A DNA stretch of 59,784 nucleotides from a bacterium (GTDB taxonomy: Bacteria > Bacteroidota > Ignavibacteria > UBA10030). The notes under the pieces were generated by a model. The model was not told where the DNA came from. It saw nothing but the letters and a program-made list of their open reading frames with translations, and did no database searches. Made by a program: the position numbers and the translations under genes. Of this stretch, positions 10,082-21,700 are shown one piece after another (the first letter of the stretch is position 1; the number at the start of each line of letters is the position of its first letter). Location: assembly GCA_043803945.1 (NCBI GenBank), contig JAZDJN010000013.1, forward strand, positions 1 through 59,784, given 5' to 3'.

Positions 10082-10267
10082 TGTCGCTGAAATGATTTCT
10101 ACCATGTTTATGCTCTCGTATGGGAAGGATTGCCCACTCCTCCTTATCATGGTGTTAAAGAAACCGGGATTGTGTATACCCGGGGTTTTTATTAAATGTT
10201 CTTAAAAGTATCAAAAGAGAAATAACAAAATGATTAGGTTCATGGTATTACTTGAACAGGGATATCT

Positions 10268-11620
10268 ATGAAAATAAAGAAGAGCAGACTTTTATATTTG
10301 GGAATAATTTTATTTTCTTTTAATCCGGTGTCTTCAAGATTATTCGCTCAGGATAGCAGTAATGTTTTAGAATTCAGAAAACCTACTGAAAAGGTTCTTG
10401 AAAAAATAGCCGACAGAATATTATCCGAAACAACGTATCGTTTTATTGATAATGAAACCGGTAAAACCTATAAATCAACAAAAGAACTACCTATTAAACT
10501 TTCCGTTAAAGTGGAAAGTCGCTACAACGATTGGCATTACACAAACGGCGTTTTAAATTTCGGAATGAACGAATTAGGGAATTTATTAGGCGAAAATAAA
10601 TACAACAAATTTGTCGATAAGAATTTTGATTTTTTCTTTAACCATGGCGACTTAGATTATTTCAGACAAATGTATGATGAACAAAAGAAAATAGATTGGT
10701 ACAGCGTAAGACAAGTCAATTGGCATATGTTCTTTAGAATGATTCGACTTGATGACTGCGGAACAATTGGCGCAAGCCTTATTGAAGTATACGCAAAAGA
10801 TCCTCAGAAAAAATATAAGGATTATATTGATTTAGTTGCTAATCACATTCTTAACACCGAGCCCAGACTACCTGATGGTACAATATCCAGGTATTGGCCG
10901 CATGAAAGCACAATTTGGGCAGACGATCTTTTTATGAGCGTGGCATTTTTAGCAAGAATGGGAAAATTATCCGGCGATAGAAAATATTTTGATGACGCCA
11001 TTCATCAAGTTAAACAGTATTATAAATATTTGTGGGATGATGAGAAAGAGATTTTCTATCACTGCTATCATACAGATATTAAACAACATGGTGTTGCTTA
11101 TTGGGCACGTGCAAACGGATGGATGTTTATGGCTGAAGCTGATTTGTTGAGTGTTCTTCCGGAAGACTATCCGGGACGGGAAGACGTACTTAAAATATTT
11201 GCTAAGCAAGCCGAAGGATTGACACGTTGGCAAAGTGAGAATGGACTTTGGCATCAGCTTTTAGATAAAAACGATTCATACCTTGAGACGTCTGCTTCCG
11301 CCATGTTTGTTTTTGGATTTGCCAGGGGTGTAAACCGCGGTTGGCTTGATCAAGATTATTCCTATGTTGCAGATAGAGGGTGGGAAGGGATCCTTTCCAA
11401 TATTGATGAAAATGGAAATGTTAGAAATATTTGTGTAGGCACAGGAATAATGCCGGCGTTATCTTTTTACTATAAACGTCCCGTCGAATCCAATATTCCA
11501 ATGGGTGAGGGGCCGGTTTTACGCGCCGGTGTAGCATTACTTCAGATGAAAAAGTATTATGAGATGCCTGCAAGAGCTAGTTACGATCGTATTATTAAAG
11601 AAGCAAAAGAGATAAAATAA
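10268..11620 (+). CDS. GH105 (GH88/105 clan) unsaturated rhamnogalacturonyl hydrolase
   Basis: LDDCG, WADDLFMS, WARANGW, GLWHQLLD, YLETSASAMF motifs. Signal peptide. Confidence 0.9.
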   Translation: MKIKKSRLLYLGIILFSFNPVSSRLFAQDSSNVLEFRKPTEKVLEKIADRILSETTYRFIDNETGKTYKSTKELPIKLSVKVESRYNDWHYTNGVLNFGMNELGNLLGENKYNKFVDKNFDFFFNHGDLDYFRQMYDEQKKIDWYSVRQVNWHMFFRMIRLDDCGTIGASLIEVYAKDPQKKYKDYIDLVANHILNTEPRLPDGTISRYWPHESTIWADDLFMSVAFLARMGKLSGDRKYFDDAIHQVKQYYKYLWDDEKEIFYHCYHTDIKQHGVAYWARANGWMFMAEADLLSVLPEDYPGREDVLKIFAKQAEGLTRWQSENGLWHQLLDKNDSYLETSASAMFVFGFARGVNRGWLDQDYSYVADRGWEGILSNIDENGNVRNICVGTGIMPALSFYYKRPVESNIPMGEGPVLRAGVALLQMKKYYEMPARASYDRIIKEAKEIK

Positions 11621-11712
11621 TTCTGAAAGGCATTCTCATATTTACGCTGTTGAAATATAAAAGATAGGAATTTAATCTTGCATAATATTTTAAAACGATG
11701 AAATAATATACT

Positions 11713-14559
11713 ATGAGTTTAAAATCAAAATTGTTATTTGCCTGTTTCCTCATAACTTTCATATTTTCCTTCTCATCTTCAATTCAAGAACAAAATAATT
11801 ATAAAGCCAAATGGCCATCAGTGAGTAATGTTACTCGTCCTTGGACAAGATGGTGGTGGCACGGTAGTGCTGTGAATGAAAAAGATCTTACTGCAAATCT
11901 GGAAGAGCTTAAAAAAGCCGGTTTCGGTGGTGTTGAAATAACATCTATCTACGGCACTAAAGGATATGAAAAACAAGATATCAGTTTTCTCTCACATAAG
12001 TGGATGAATGTTTTAACATATACGATAAGTGAAGGACAGAGATTAGGTTTGGGAATTGATTTGGCAAATGCTTCCGGCTGGCCGTTCGGAGGTCCTTGGG
12101 TTTCTGCTGAAGATGCATGCAAAAATGTACAATATAAAATTTATGCTTTGAAGTCCGGTGAAAAATTAGATGAAAAAGTCGAATTTAATCAAGAACCGTT
12201 GGTAAGAGCGGTTGGTCATAAAGTTGATATTTCGGAAGTAAAATTTCCGATAAGCAGCAATACTAATTTACAAGAACTTGCACTAGATCAAGTACGTTTT
12301 AAAAGGAAATTACCGCTTCAAGCACTTATTGCTTACAATGAAAACGGGGAAAAAATTGAACTTACTAATAATGTTGAAAAAGACGGAACATTACATTGGA
12401 TTGCACCTGACGGAAATTGGAAACTTTATGCTGTGTTTCAAGGCTGGCACGGTAAACAAGTGGAACGTGCAGGAAAAGGTGGAGAAGGAAATGTTATCGA
12501 TCATTTTTCTGAAAAAGCGGTTAAAAATTATTTGGGAATCTTTGATAAGAATTCTGAGGGAATTCAACTAAAAAGTATTCGGGCATTTTTTAATGATTCA
12601 TACGAAGTAGATGATGCACAGGGGGAAGGAGATTGGACGACGCTATTTTTCGATGAATTTAAAAAGTATAGAGGTTATGATCTAAAGGATTACTTACCTG
12701 CATTATTTGGAAATGATACCGAAGAGATGAACCAAAGAGTACTTTGTGATTATAGAGAAACAATTTCAGATTTACTCTTGGACCGGTTTACAAAAGTATG
12801 GAAGGATTGGTCCCGCAAATATAATGCAGTCGTTCGTAATCAGGCCCATGGCTCACCTGCAAACATACTCGATCTGTATTCATCAAGTGATATTCCCGAA
12901 ACCGAAGGAGCATCTGCATTAGGCATAAAGCTCGCAGCCTCAGCAGGACATGTTTCCGGTAAACAGTTAATATCCGCCGAAGCGGCAACATGGCTGAATG
13001 AACATTTTCTTTCAACTCTTTCGGAAGCTAAAAAAAGGTTCGATCGATATTTTGAAAATGGTGTTAATCATCTTGTATATCATGGTACACCTTATTCTCC
13101 CGTTTCCGAAGAGTGGCCCGGATGGCAGTTCTACGCTTCGGTTCATTTCGCACCTTCCAATACTTGGTGGGAAAATCTTAAAACAATCAATTCATATGTA
13201 ACAAATTGCCAATCGTTTTTACAAAGTTCAAAACCGGCAAACGACATTTTGTTGTATTACCCGATATATGATGCATGGTCGCAAAAAGGAAGAAGTATGC
13301 TTCAGCATTTTGCGGCACGGGATGAAGAATTATCCAAAGGTCTTGGCGAAATGTTGTTAAATAACGGAAATACTTTCGATTACATTTCCGATAAACAAAT
13401 ACAGCAATTAACGGTTGATGATAAAAAAATCCTTTCCAATAATTCCGAATACAAAACGATAATCATCCCGAACTGCGATTATATTCCTTTAACAACAATT
13501 CAAAAGATAATCAGCCTGGCACAAAAAGGCGCAACGATTATTTTACAAAATGATTTTCCCAAAGATGTACCTGGATTAAATGATTTAAAGCATAGGCAAG
13601 AAGCTTTTAAGAAGATTAAAGAAGAAATAATATTCAGCTCCGAAGTTTTTTTTGAAAGTAGCATAATCGGTAAAGGAAAAATATTTAAAGGAAATGACTT
13701 AGGTAAAATATTAGATGATATTAAAGTGCTATCGGAGTCAATGGCAAAAAACGGACTTTGGTTTAACAGGATTAGCCGCGAAGAAGGTATTTGTTACTTT
13801 ATTAGTAACTGGGGAGAAAAGGATATCGATCAATGGATTCAGGTTCGTTCATTCGGAAAAGAAGCAGTTTGGTTTAATCCCATGAATAAGCAAATTGGAA
13901 AAGCTGAATTAAGAAATTTAATTGAGGATTATTCTGAAGTTTATTTCAAATTAGGCATAGGTGAAACTCTAATTTTACAATGGTACCCAACAAAGCAAGA
14001 TGTAGAAGACTATAAATATTATGAAAAGACAAATGACGTGATGAATTTGGATAGCGAATGGAACGTAGATTTTGTAAAGGGAGGTCCAACACTGCCAAAT
14101 GCGTATACTACTAAAAAGTTAGAGTCTTGGACGGAACATTCAAATGAGCTGAAATGGTTTTCCGGTACAGCAAGTTATAAAACAACATTTAAGAAACCCA
14201 ACTTTGAGGTAGAAGCTTATATGCTCGATCTTGGCAAAGTATGTGAGTCTGCAGATGTTTATCTGAATGGTAAAAAGTTAGCGACTTTAGTAGGACCGAA
14301 ATTTCATTTAACAATTGATGGAGACAAACTGCAGAACATAAATAATCTTGAAATACAGGTAACAAACTTGATGGCGAATCGAATTATAGATATGGATAAA
14401 AGAGGAATTAACTATAAAAAATTCTATAACATAAATTTCGCCGCCCGCGAAAGAAAAAATTTAGATGAATATGGTGTATTTACTGCAAAGAATTGGCAGC
14501 CACTTGAATCCGGTTTGATTGGACCGGTTAAATTAATAGGTCTAAATCCTAAAAAATAA
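11713..14559 (+). CDS. GH106 alpha-L-rhamnosidase
   Basis: RPWTRWWWHGSAV, GFGGVEI, GWPFGGPWV, FNDSYEV, C-terminal LDLGKV/ESGLIGPV. Confidence 0.88.
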   Translation: MSLKSKLLFACFLITFIFSFSSSIQEQNNYKAKWPSVSNVTRPWTRWWWHGSAVNEKDLTANLEELKKAGFGGVEITSIYGTKGYEKQDISFLSHKWMNVLTYTISEGQRLGLGIDLANASGWPFGGPWVSAEDACKNVQYKIYALKSGEKLDEKVEFNQEPLVRAVGHKVDISEVKFPISSNTNLQELALDQVRFKRKLPLQALIAYNENGEKIELTNNVEKDGTLHWIAPDGNWKLYAVFQGWHGKQVERAGKGGEGNVIDHFSEKAVKNYLGIFDKNSEGIQLKSIRAFFNDSYEVDDAQGEGDWTTLFFDEFKKYRGYDLKDYLPALFGNDTEEMNQRVLCDYRETISDLLLDRFTKVWKDWSRKYNAVVRNQAHGSPANILDLYSSSDIPETEGASALGIKLAASAGHVSGKQLISAEAATWLNEHFLSTLSEAKKRFDRYFENGVNHLVYHGTPYSPVSEEWPGWQFYASVHFAPSNTWWENLKTINSYVTNCQSFLQSSKPANDILLYYPIYDAWSQKGRSMLQHFAARDEELSKGLGEMLLNNGNTFDYISDKQIQQLTVDDKKILSNNSEYKTIIIPNCDYIPLTTIQKIISLAQKGATIILQNDFPKDVPGLNDLKHRQEAFKKIKEEIIFSSEVFFESSIIGKGKIFKGNDLGKILDDIKVLSESMAKNGLWFNRISREEGICYFISNWGEKDIDQWIQVRSFGKEAVWFNPMNKQIGKAELRNLIEDYSEVYFKLGIGETLILQWYPTKQDVEDYKYYEKTNDVMNLDSEWNVDFVKGGPTLPNAYTTKKLESWTEHSNELKWFSGTASYKTTFKKPNFEVEAYMLDLGKVCESADVYLNGKKLATLVGPKFHLTIDGDKLQNINNLEIQVTNLMANRIIDMDKRGINYKKFYNINFAARERKNLDEYGVFTAKNWQPLESGLIGPVKLIGLNPKK

Positions 14560-14580
14560 AATTGCATTACAAATTATTAA

Positions 14581-15655
14581 CTGAAGTTACGCAAAGTGTG
14601 GTACCTGTAAGTTCCATTGGAAAATTTTAGGTATCACACAGTCAAAGAAGACAGCTCTGATTTTGTAGATAGTAGTAATGTTCTTTGTAATACGGAACAG
14701 TTCTAATTGACAGAAGGCAATAAGAACAAAAATAGATATGGTTGATTTGTGCAATGGATTCTCTGGAAGAGCAACCCTCCAATCGCAATTCGGATTTGAG
14801 AATTCTGAAGAACTCTTCGATCACTTGGCGATGCCGATAAAGACGTTTAACATCAACGGACCGCAGCGACGGATCACTAGTCGCCCAGTAGTTCTCATTA
14901 TCCTTGACAACAAGGGCACGAATGCGTTCCGTCAATACGCCATGATAATTACCGTAGCGGTAAGAGAAAAGCTCTTGCGCTTGAATGCCATCCACAAGTC
15001 GATTAGACTCGATCTTGGCGATCCATTGCCAGGAGTATGAGCGAATGACTTTGAGGAGCTTCGCTGCTGGGTAGAATGAATCCATCAGCACATAGCTAGG
15101 CTTGATTTTGTAGAGTTGCTTAGCGTCTTTCAATAGTTCCATGGCTAAGTCGATCTTGGTCTTTTTCCCACTTTTATACCACAGGCGAAAGCCGATGGGA
15201 ACACGGATGTTACCGTCTGTCCAGAGGAGAAAGACAACGCTAATGCCATAGAGATATTGCCGATCACTGGGTGAAAAGATCCACGATAACAACTCAAGTT
15301 CTTTACCATACGGCTTGGCAATGACTGTATCATCAATGATCAAATAGCTTCTCTTGTGAGAGGAACGGTCTCTCCTGTGTATCAAACATCCATACTTCTT
15401 CTGTAAGTATCTGTTCCATTTACCTTCAAAGTGTAAGAGTCTTTGAAGTCTGTCGTGTGAGACATAAGGATTTTCGGAATCATACAGAATGTTCCGATTG
15501 TATTGTTCAGAAATCTTAGTACAGGTTGGCTTAAAATTTCTGAAACAGATTGCATTGACATAAGCGAATAGGGCGGTTTGATACGTTAGTCGTTTCATGG
15601 CTGACAAATATACCACCTTATTTCGCTTATGGTTATATCGTTCGCGTAACTTCAG
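14581..15655 (-). mobile_element. IS701/IS4-like insertion sequence, 1075 bp, with terminal IRs and target duplication
   Basis: Ends CTGAAGTTACGCAAA / TTCGCGTAACTTCAG, flanked on both sides by TTATTAA (14574-14580 and 15656-15662). Confidence 0.9.
14642..15598 (-). CDS. DDE transposase (IS701-like), probably frameshifted near the C-terminus
   Basis: YLIIDDTVIAKPY, VLMDSFY, YRHRQVIEEFFRILK. Removing one base from the A5 run at 14728-14732 gives HIYFVLIAFCQLE, a more typical ending. Confidence 0.8.
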   Translation of the reverse strand: MKRLTYQTALFAYVNAICFRNFKPTCTKISEQYNRNILYDSENPYVSHDRLQRLLHFEGKWNRYLQKKYGCLIHRRDRSSHKRSYLIIDDTVIAKPYGKELELLSWIFSPSDRQYLYGISVVFLLWTDGNIRVPIGFRLWYKSGKKTKIDLAMELLKDAKQLYKIKPSYVLMDSFYPAAKLLKVIRSYSWQWIAKIESNRLVDGIQAQELFSYRYGNYHGVLTERIRALVVKDNENYWATSDPSLRSVDVKRLYRHRQVIEEFFRILKSELRLEGCSSRESIAQINHIYFCSYCLLSIRTVPYYKEHYYYLQNQSCLL

Positions 15656-15743
15656 TTATTAATATCATGAACCATCAATTTTGATATACTTTGTATCTCT
15701 TCAACATACAAGGCTTTAATTATTTTTTTAATCATCATAAAGT

Positions 15744-18662
15744 ATGAATATGAAATCTAAAAGAATCCTAAAATCAATAGCAGCATTTACATTGTTATCT
15801 ATTTTTTCAGTTGTAAGTTACCCGCAATCATCAAGTAAAAGTACAATCTCTTTAAAAGGAACATGGCAATTTCAAACCGATCCTGAAGATGTCGGTATCG
15901 ATCAAAAGTGGTATCAAAAAAAAATGAAGGAAACAGTTAAACTGCCTGGATCAATGCTTGAGAATAATAAAGGAGATGATCTTACTCTAAACACCAAATG
16001 GACAGGCAGTATTTATGATAGTTCTTGGTATTTCCGACCGGACATGGAAAAGTACAGGCAAAAAGGTAATCTAAAGTTTCCATTCTGGCTGACACCAAAT
16101 AAACACTATGTTGGAGTTGCATGGTATCAGCGGGAAGTTGAAATCCCTGCTAATTGGAAAGGACAAAAAATTGAATTGTTCTTAGAGCGCCCTCACTGGG
16201 AAACTACAGTGTGGATAGATAATATACAAATCGGAATGCTAAACAGTCTTTCAACACCTCATCGTTATGATTTATCAAAAATATTAACACCCGGTCACCA
16301 TATTATTTCTATCAGAGTGGATAATCGTATTAAAGAAATTAATGTTGGTCCGGATTCACATAGTCTTACAGATCATACTCAAGGGAACTGGAATGGGATA
16401 GTGGGCGACATTTGTCTTAAATTGACCTCGCCCGTATTATTTGATGACATCAAACTTTCTACCAACATTAAAGATAAGTGTGTTAAAGCCGATATTATTC
16501 TTGATAACACTACAGCGAAGGATGTATCTGCAAAAATAACACTTAACGCAAAATCATTTAATTCAAATACTGTTCATATAGTTGAGCCTTTTGTCAAAGA
16601 AATCACTGCAAAAAAAGGAAAATCACATATTGAAATAGTATATCCAATGGGTGAAAACGTTCAATTGTGGGATGAATTTAATCCTTCGCTTTATAAAATG
16701 ACCGCAGTTATATCTGATGAATCGGGGAATGCTGATGTGAAGGAAATTCAATTCGGGATGCGATCATTTTTAATAAATGGAACTCGCTTTGAAATAAATA
16801 ACCGTCAAACATATTTACGAGGAACAGTTGAGAATTGTCTTTTCCCGTTAACAGGTTATCCCCCTACAGATGTTGAGTCGTGGGAACGCGTATTTACAAT
16901 TTGTAAGAATTATGGTCTGAATCACATGCGTTTTCATTCATGGTGTCCGCCTAAGGCTGCATTTGAAGCTGCGGATAAGTTAGGAGTCTATTTACAAGTT
17001 GAGGGCCCGAGTTGGGCAAATCACGGTGTAACGTTGGGTGATGGATTACCTGTTGATCAGTATATTTATGATGAAACCACTCGCATTGTTGATGCTTACG
17101 GCAACCATCCTTCATTTTGTATGATGGCTTATGGGAACGAACCAGCGGGCCGAAATCAAGTAGAGTATCTGAACAAGTTTGTTAAATATTGGAAAGCTAA
17201 GGATAACAGAAGAGTTTATACCAGCGCCTCTATTGGCAGAAGCTGGCCGCTGGTTCCAGAAAGCGAATTCATCGTTCGATCGGAACCCCGCGGACTCCCA
17301 TGGGATGAGCGTCCTCAAAGTAAGTTTGATTATTTTGATCGAATAGAGAATTATAACGTTCCTTATTTGGTCCATGAAATGGGTCAGCATTGTGTTTTCC
17401 CGAACTTCAAAGAAATTAATAAATATACCGGTGTTTATAAGGCTAAGAATTTTGAATTGTTTCAAGAAGAATTAGCAAAACATCATATGGGAGATCAAGC
17501 TGAAGACTTTTTAATATCGTCGGGTAAATTACAAGTTTTGTGTTACAAATTCGAAATTGAAGCAGCCTTGCGTACGCCTAAATTGGCCGGCACACAATTA
17601 CTTAGTCTGAACGATTTTTCAGGACAAGGATCAGCTATAGTTGGCGTGCTAGATGCTTTCTGGGATGAAAAAGGATATATCTCTGCTCCTGAATTCACAA
17701 GATTCTTCGGACCAACAGTACCATTAGCAAGATTACCAAAATTTGTATTTCGAAACAGTGAAACATTTCAGGCAGATCTCGAGGTATTTCATTTTGGCAG
17801 AAATCCGCTTAACAACATTGCGGCTAGATGGAAAATAACGAATTCTAATGGAACCATCATTGCACAAGGTTCTTTAAAGGAACGGGAAATTCCAATAGGT
17901 AATTGTATAACATTGGGCGCGATCAGTTTTCCACTTTCACAAATTACCAAAGCTGAAAAGATGAATTTAGAACTCACTATTGGTAATCACGTTAATGATT
18001 GGGATTTCTGGGTCTACCCGGAAAAACTACCAGCAGCGGACAATAGCACTATTTATTTTACAAATAAATTTGATGAACAGGCTAAATCTGTATTAAACCA
18101 AGGAGGAAAAGTTTTTTTGCATGCTGCAGGTAGCGTTGAAAACGGTAAAGATGTAATTCAAAATTTAAAACCTGTATTTTGGAATACCTCATGGTTTAAA
18201 ATGCGGCCACCGCACACAACCGGAATTTTATGCAATCCAGAGCATCCGGCATTTGCCAACTTTCCGACAGCATATCATAGTGATTTGCAATGGTGGGATA
18301 TTCTAAATAAACAGCAAGTAATGAATATTGAACTATTTCCGCCGGAATTCAGACCGATTATTCAACCAATCGATACGTGGTTTATAAACCGCCGTTTAGC
18401 CGTATTGTTTGAAGCTCAAGTTGGAAACGGCAAACTAATGGTCTGCAGCTCCGATCTTCAAAACAATATCGATGAACGACCGGCAGCTAAACAATTATTT
18501 TTTAGTTTAACAAATTATATGTCTTCAGATAAGTTTAATCCTAAACACAAAATTGATTTTTCAATTATTGAAGAACTTTTTGAAAAGAAAGAACGACCTG
18601 TATTTAATTCGTACACAAAACAAAGCCCTAATGATTTGAGACCCAAAATAAATCCTAAATAA
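15744..18662 (+). CDS. GH2 glycoside hydrolase (beta-galactosidase/glucuronidase-like)
   Basis: ISLKGTWQF, YVGVAWYQR, LWDEFNPSLY, FGMR, GLNHMRFHSW, NHPSF..GNEP, HEMG. Confidence 0.88.
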   Translation: MNMKSKRILKSIAAFTLLSIFSVVSYPQSSSKSTISLKGTWQFQTDPEDVGIDQKWYQKKMKETVKLPGSMLENNKGDDLTLNTKWTGSIYDSSWYFRPDMEKYRQKGNLKFPFWLTPNKHYVGVAWYQREVEIPANWKGQKIELFLERPHWETTVWIDNIQIGMLNSLSTPHRYDLSKILTPGHHIISIRVDNRIKEINVGPDSHSLTDHTQGNWNGIVGDICLKLTSPVLFDDIKLSTNIKDKCVKADIILDNTTAKDVSAKITLNAKSFNSNTVHIVEPFVKEITAKKGKSHIEIVYPMGENVQLWDEFNPSLYKMTAVISDESGNADVKEIQFGMRSFLINGTRFEINNRQTYLRGTVENCLFPLTGYPPTDVESWERVFTICKNYGLNHMRFHSWCPPKAAFEAADKLGVYLQVEGPSWANHGVTLGDGLPVDQYIYDETTRIVDAYGNHPSFCMMAYGNEPAGRNQVEYLNKFVKYWKAKDNRRVYTSASIGRSWPLVPESEFIVRSEPRGLPWDERPQSKFDYFDRIENYNVPYLVHEMGQHCVFPNFKEINKYTGVYKAKNFELFQEELAKHHMGDQAEDFLISSGKLQVLCYKFEIEAALRTPKLAGTQLLSLNDFSGQGSAIVGVLDAFWDEKGYISAPEFTRFFGPTVPLARLPKFVFRNSETFQADLEVFHFGRNPLNNIAARWKITNSNGTIIAQGSLKEREIPIGNCITLGAISFPLSQITKAEKMNLELTIGNHVNDWDFWVYPEKLPAADNSTIYFTNKFDEQAKSVLNQGGKVFLHAAGSVENGKDVIQNLKPVFWNTSWFKMRPPHTTGILCNPEHPAFANFPTAYHSDLQWWDILNKQQVMNIELFPPEFRPIIQPIDTWFINRRLAVLFEAQVGNGKLMVCSSDLQNNIDERPAAKQLFFSLTNYMSSDKFNPKHKIDFSIIEELFEKKERPVFNSYTKQSPNDLRPKINPK

Positions 18663-18736
18663 AGAAAAGATAGTTGATGTTGAAAACATCGGATCATAAA
18701 TCAACAAAAGCAAAGTTATTAATGGAGTTGAATCCC

Positions 18737-21700
18737 ATGAATCTGATTAAACAAATTATCTTATTAATTGTATTATCTTTTATCGTTAGCAACCTAGTGG
18801 TGGGGCAAAAATTCCAAAATGAAAATATTGGCCGCGGTACTGTAGCCGTTGTTTTACCGAATGGCGGTGTTTATATAAGCTGGCGTTTACTTGCCTCCGA
18901 TCCCAAAGGTGTCAAATTCAATGTCTATCGCGGTACAAAAAAGATCAATGAAGAACCGATATCAGCTTCCACAAATTTAATTGATCCTTCCGGGACAAGT
19001 ATTGATCTATATTCTGTGCTGCCTGTTATAAACGGTGTTGAGCAAGGAACAGCACAAGAAGTAAAACCATGGAATCAGAATTACAAAACTATTCCTTTGC
19101 AAAGGCCAACAGGAGGGCAAACACCTGATGGTGTGAGTTATAGTTATAGTCCAAATGATGCCAGTGCCGCCGATCTCGACGGTGATGGTGAATATGAACT
19201 TGTCGTCAAGTGGGAGCCATCAAATTCCAAGGATAATTCACAAAGCGGCTATACTGGCAACGTTTTTCTAGACGGTCTGAAATTAGACGGAGCATTAATA
19301 TGGCGAATTGATTTAGGACGAAACATCAGAGCGGGCGCACATTATACTCAATTTATGGTTTATGATTTGAATGGCGATGGAAAAGCGGAAATTGCCTGCA
19401 AAACGGCTGATGGAACAATTGACGGCAAAGGCACAGTGATTGGCGATGCCAATGCAGATTACAGAAATTCAAGCGGCTATATATTAACTGGGCCGGAGTA
19501 TTTCACGATATTTGAAGGTCCAACCGGTAAGGCATTAGTAACAACAGATTATTTACCTGCGCGTGGTAACGTTAGCTCCTGGGGAGATTCAAACGGTAAC
19601 AGGGTGGATCGTTTTCTTGCAGGTGTTGCATACCTCGATGGTGAACGTCCAAGCGTTGTAATGTGCCGAGGTTATTATAGAAGCTCAGATAACACGAAAG
19701 GGAGAACTGTACTTGCTGCATGGGATTACAGGAATGATCTGCTGACTAACCGATGGATTTTTAATGCTGTGAGATATGGTGAAAATGATGAATATACCGG
19801 GCAGGGCAATCACAATATTAGTGTTGCCGATCTTGACGGCGATGGGAAGGATGAAATCGTTTACGGCGCAATGGCGGTAGATGATGCCGGAACCGGACTT
19901 TGGAATTCTGGTTTGGGACATGGCGATGCACTGCATGTATCGGATATAGATCCGAACCGACCAGGACTTGAAATATGGGGAATCCACGAACAGGCACAGA
20001 TTGGATCTGCATTACTTGACGGCAAAACCGGTAAGATTATTTGGGGAACCGGACCTGGCGATGTTGGAAGAGGGGTCTCGGCAAATCTTGACGATTCACA
20101 AGATGGAATGGAATGCTGGGGAGGTACAGATGGTCTGCGCAGTGCAGCGAATGTCAAAGTTGGATCGGCTCCGCCTTCATCAAATCATGTAATCTGGTGG
20201 GACGGTGATCTGGAAAGAGAATTGTTGGACAACACAAATATCCGAAAGTATGGTGGCTCGAATCCAATCTTGTTGTTAGCCGACGGTTGTTCTTCGAATA
20301 ATGGAACGAAAGCAAATCCCGCGCTCCAAGCAGATCTGTTCGGTGATTGGCGCGAAGAAGTTATTTTGCGGACAAGCGACAATAACTCTCTTAGAGTTTA
20401 TACCACTACAATAGAAACACCCTATCGTCTTGTTACTCTCATGCAGGATAGACAATACAGGGAAGCCATTGCATGGCAAAATGTCGGATACAATCAACCG
20501 CCGCATCCAAGTTTTTTTATAGGTAAAAGTATGTTGATACCGGATAGTCTCAAGCCGCCATCAAAGCCAAACAATATTCGCGGAGCTTTTTCAGGAGACA
20601 CCGTTCTGATTGCATGGGATGCAAACATTGATTCGGACTTGGCGGGTTACAAGCTTTATCGTGGTAGAAGTAACAACACGTTTGCGGATTCCATTGATGT
20701 TGGCAATAAAACATACTACAAAGACACCAGTGTAAAATATGATACCACGTATTACTATGCAGTGAAAGCGTATGATTTAAACGGCAACAATTCCGAGTAT
20801 TCGGAAATCATAAAAGTCACTCCCACAGTTCGCCCAACAACTCCAACAGGCATTTCATATCGGTTTGATTCTCATTCCATTTTTCTTGTTTGGGAGTCTC
20901 AGAATTTCGGAAATATTTCTCATGTTAATATCAATCGTTCTGAAACGGAAGATATGGCCTCCGCCAAAAACATGTCAATCGATAAAAGCTTGAATACGTA
21001 TACTGATAAAAACCTGACTACGGGAAAAAAACATTATTATACATTAAGTGTAACAGATACAAATCAAGTTGAGTCATTTCCTTCAATAGTTTTGAACATC
21101 ACTCCCGGTACGTCATTTACATTTCAATCGGAAGATGCATTGCACATCGGAACTGTATTTGTCGATAACAACAATTTAGGTTTTCATGGAACCGGTTTCA
21201 CGAACTTTGATGTGAGTAATAGCGCGGTGGAGTTTACTTCTATGCCTGGATTTGGAGGCGGTGAACTTACGCTTATCTATAGGTATGCTTTAGGAAGCAG
21301 CGACAGAACAGGGTCGTTCATGGTCAATGGTCAATCCCGTAGTATGACCATGCGCGGAACAAGCCAGTGGACAAACTACGTGCTTGATAGTGTTCAAGTA
21401 AACTTGAACGCAGGATTTGATAATACAATTCGCTTCTCGTCAACAGGTTCCGATTTCGGCAACCTGGATGAAATAACAATCGCGCATAAACCAACTACCT
21501 TTATTGAATTTGTTGATGACAAGAATAATATCCCAATCCAATTTCAGTTATATCAAAATTATCCCAACCCATTTAATCCACAAACTACATTTTCATTTGC
21601 TTTGCCGCAGGAAGCATTTGTTAGCATTAATATCTATGATATCAATGGTAGACTGATTAGCAGTCAATTAAATGATAGATATAAAGCGGGTGTTCATAAA

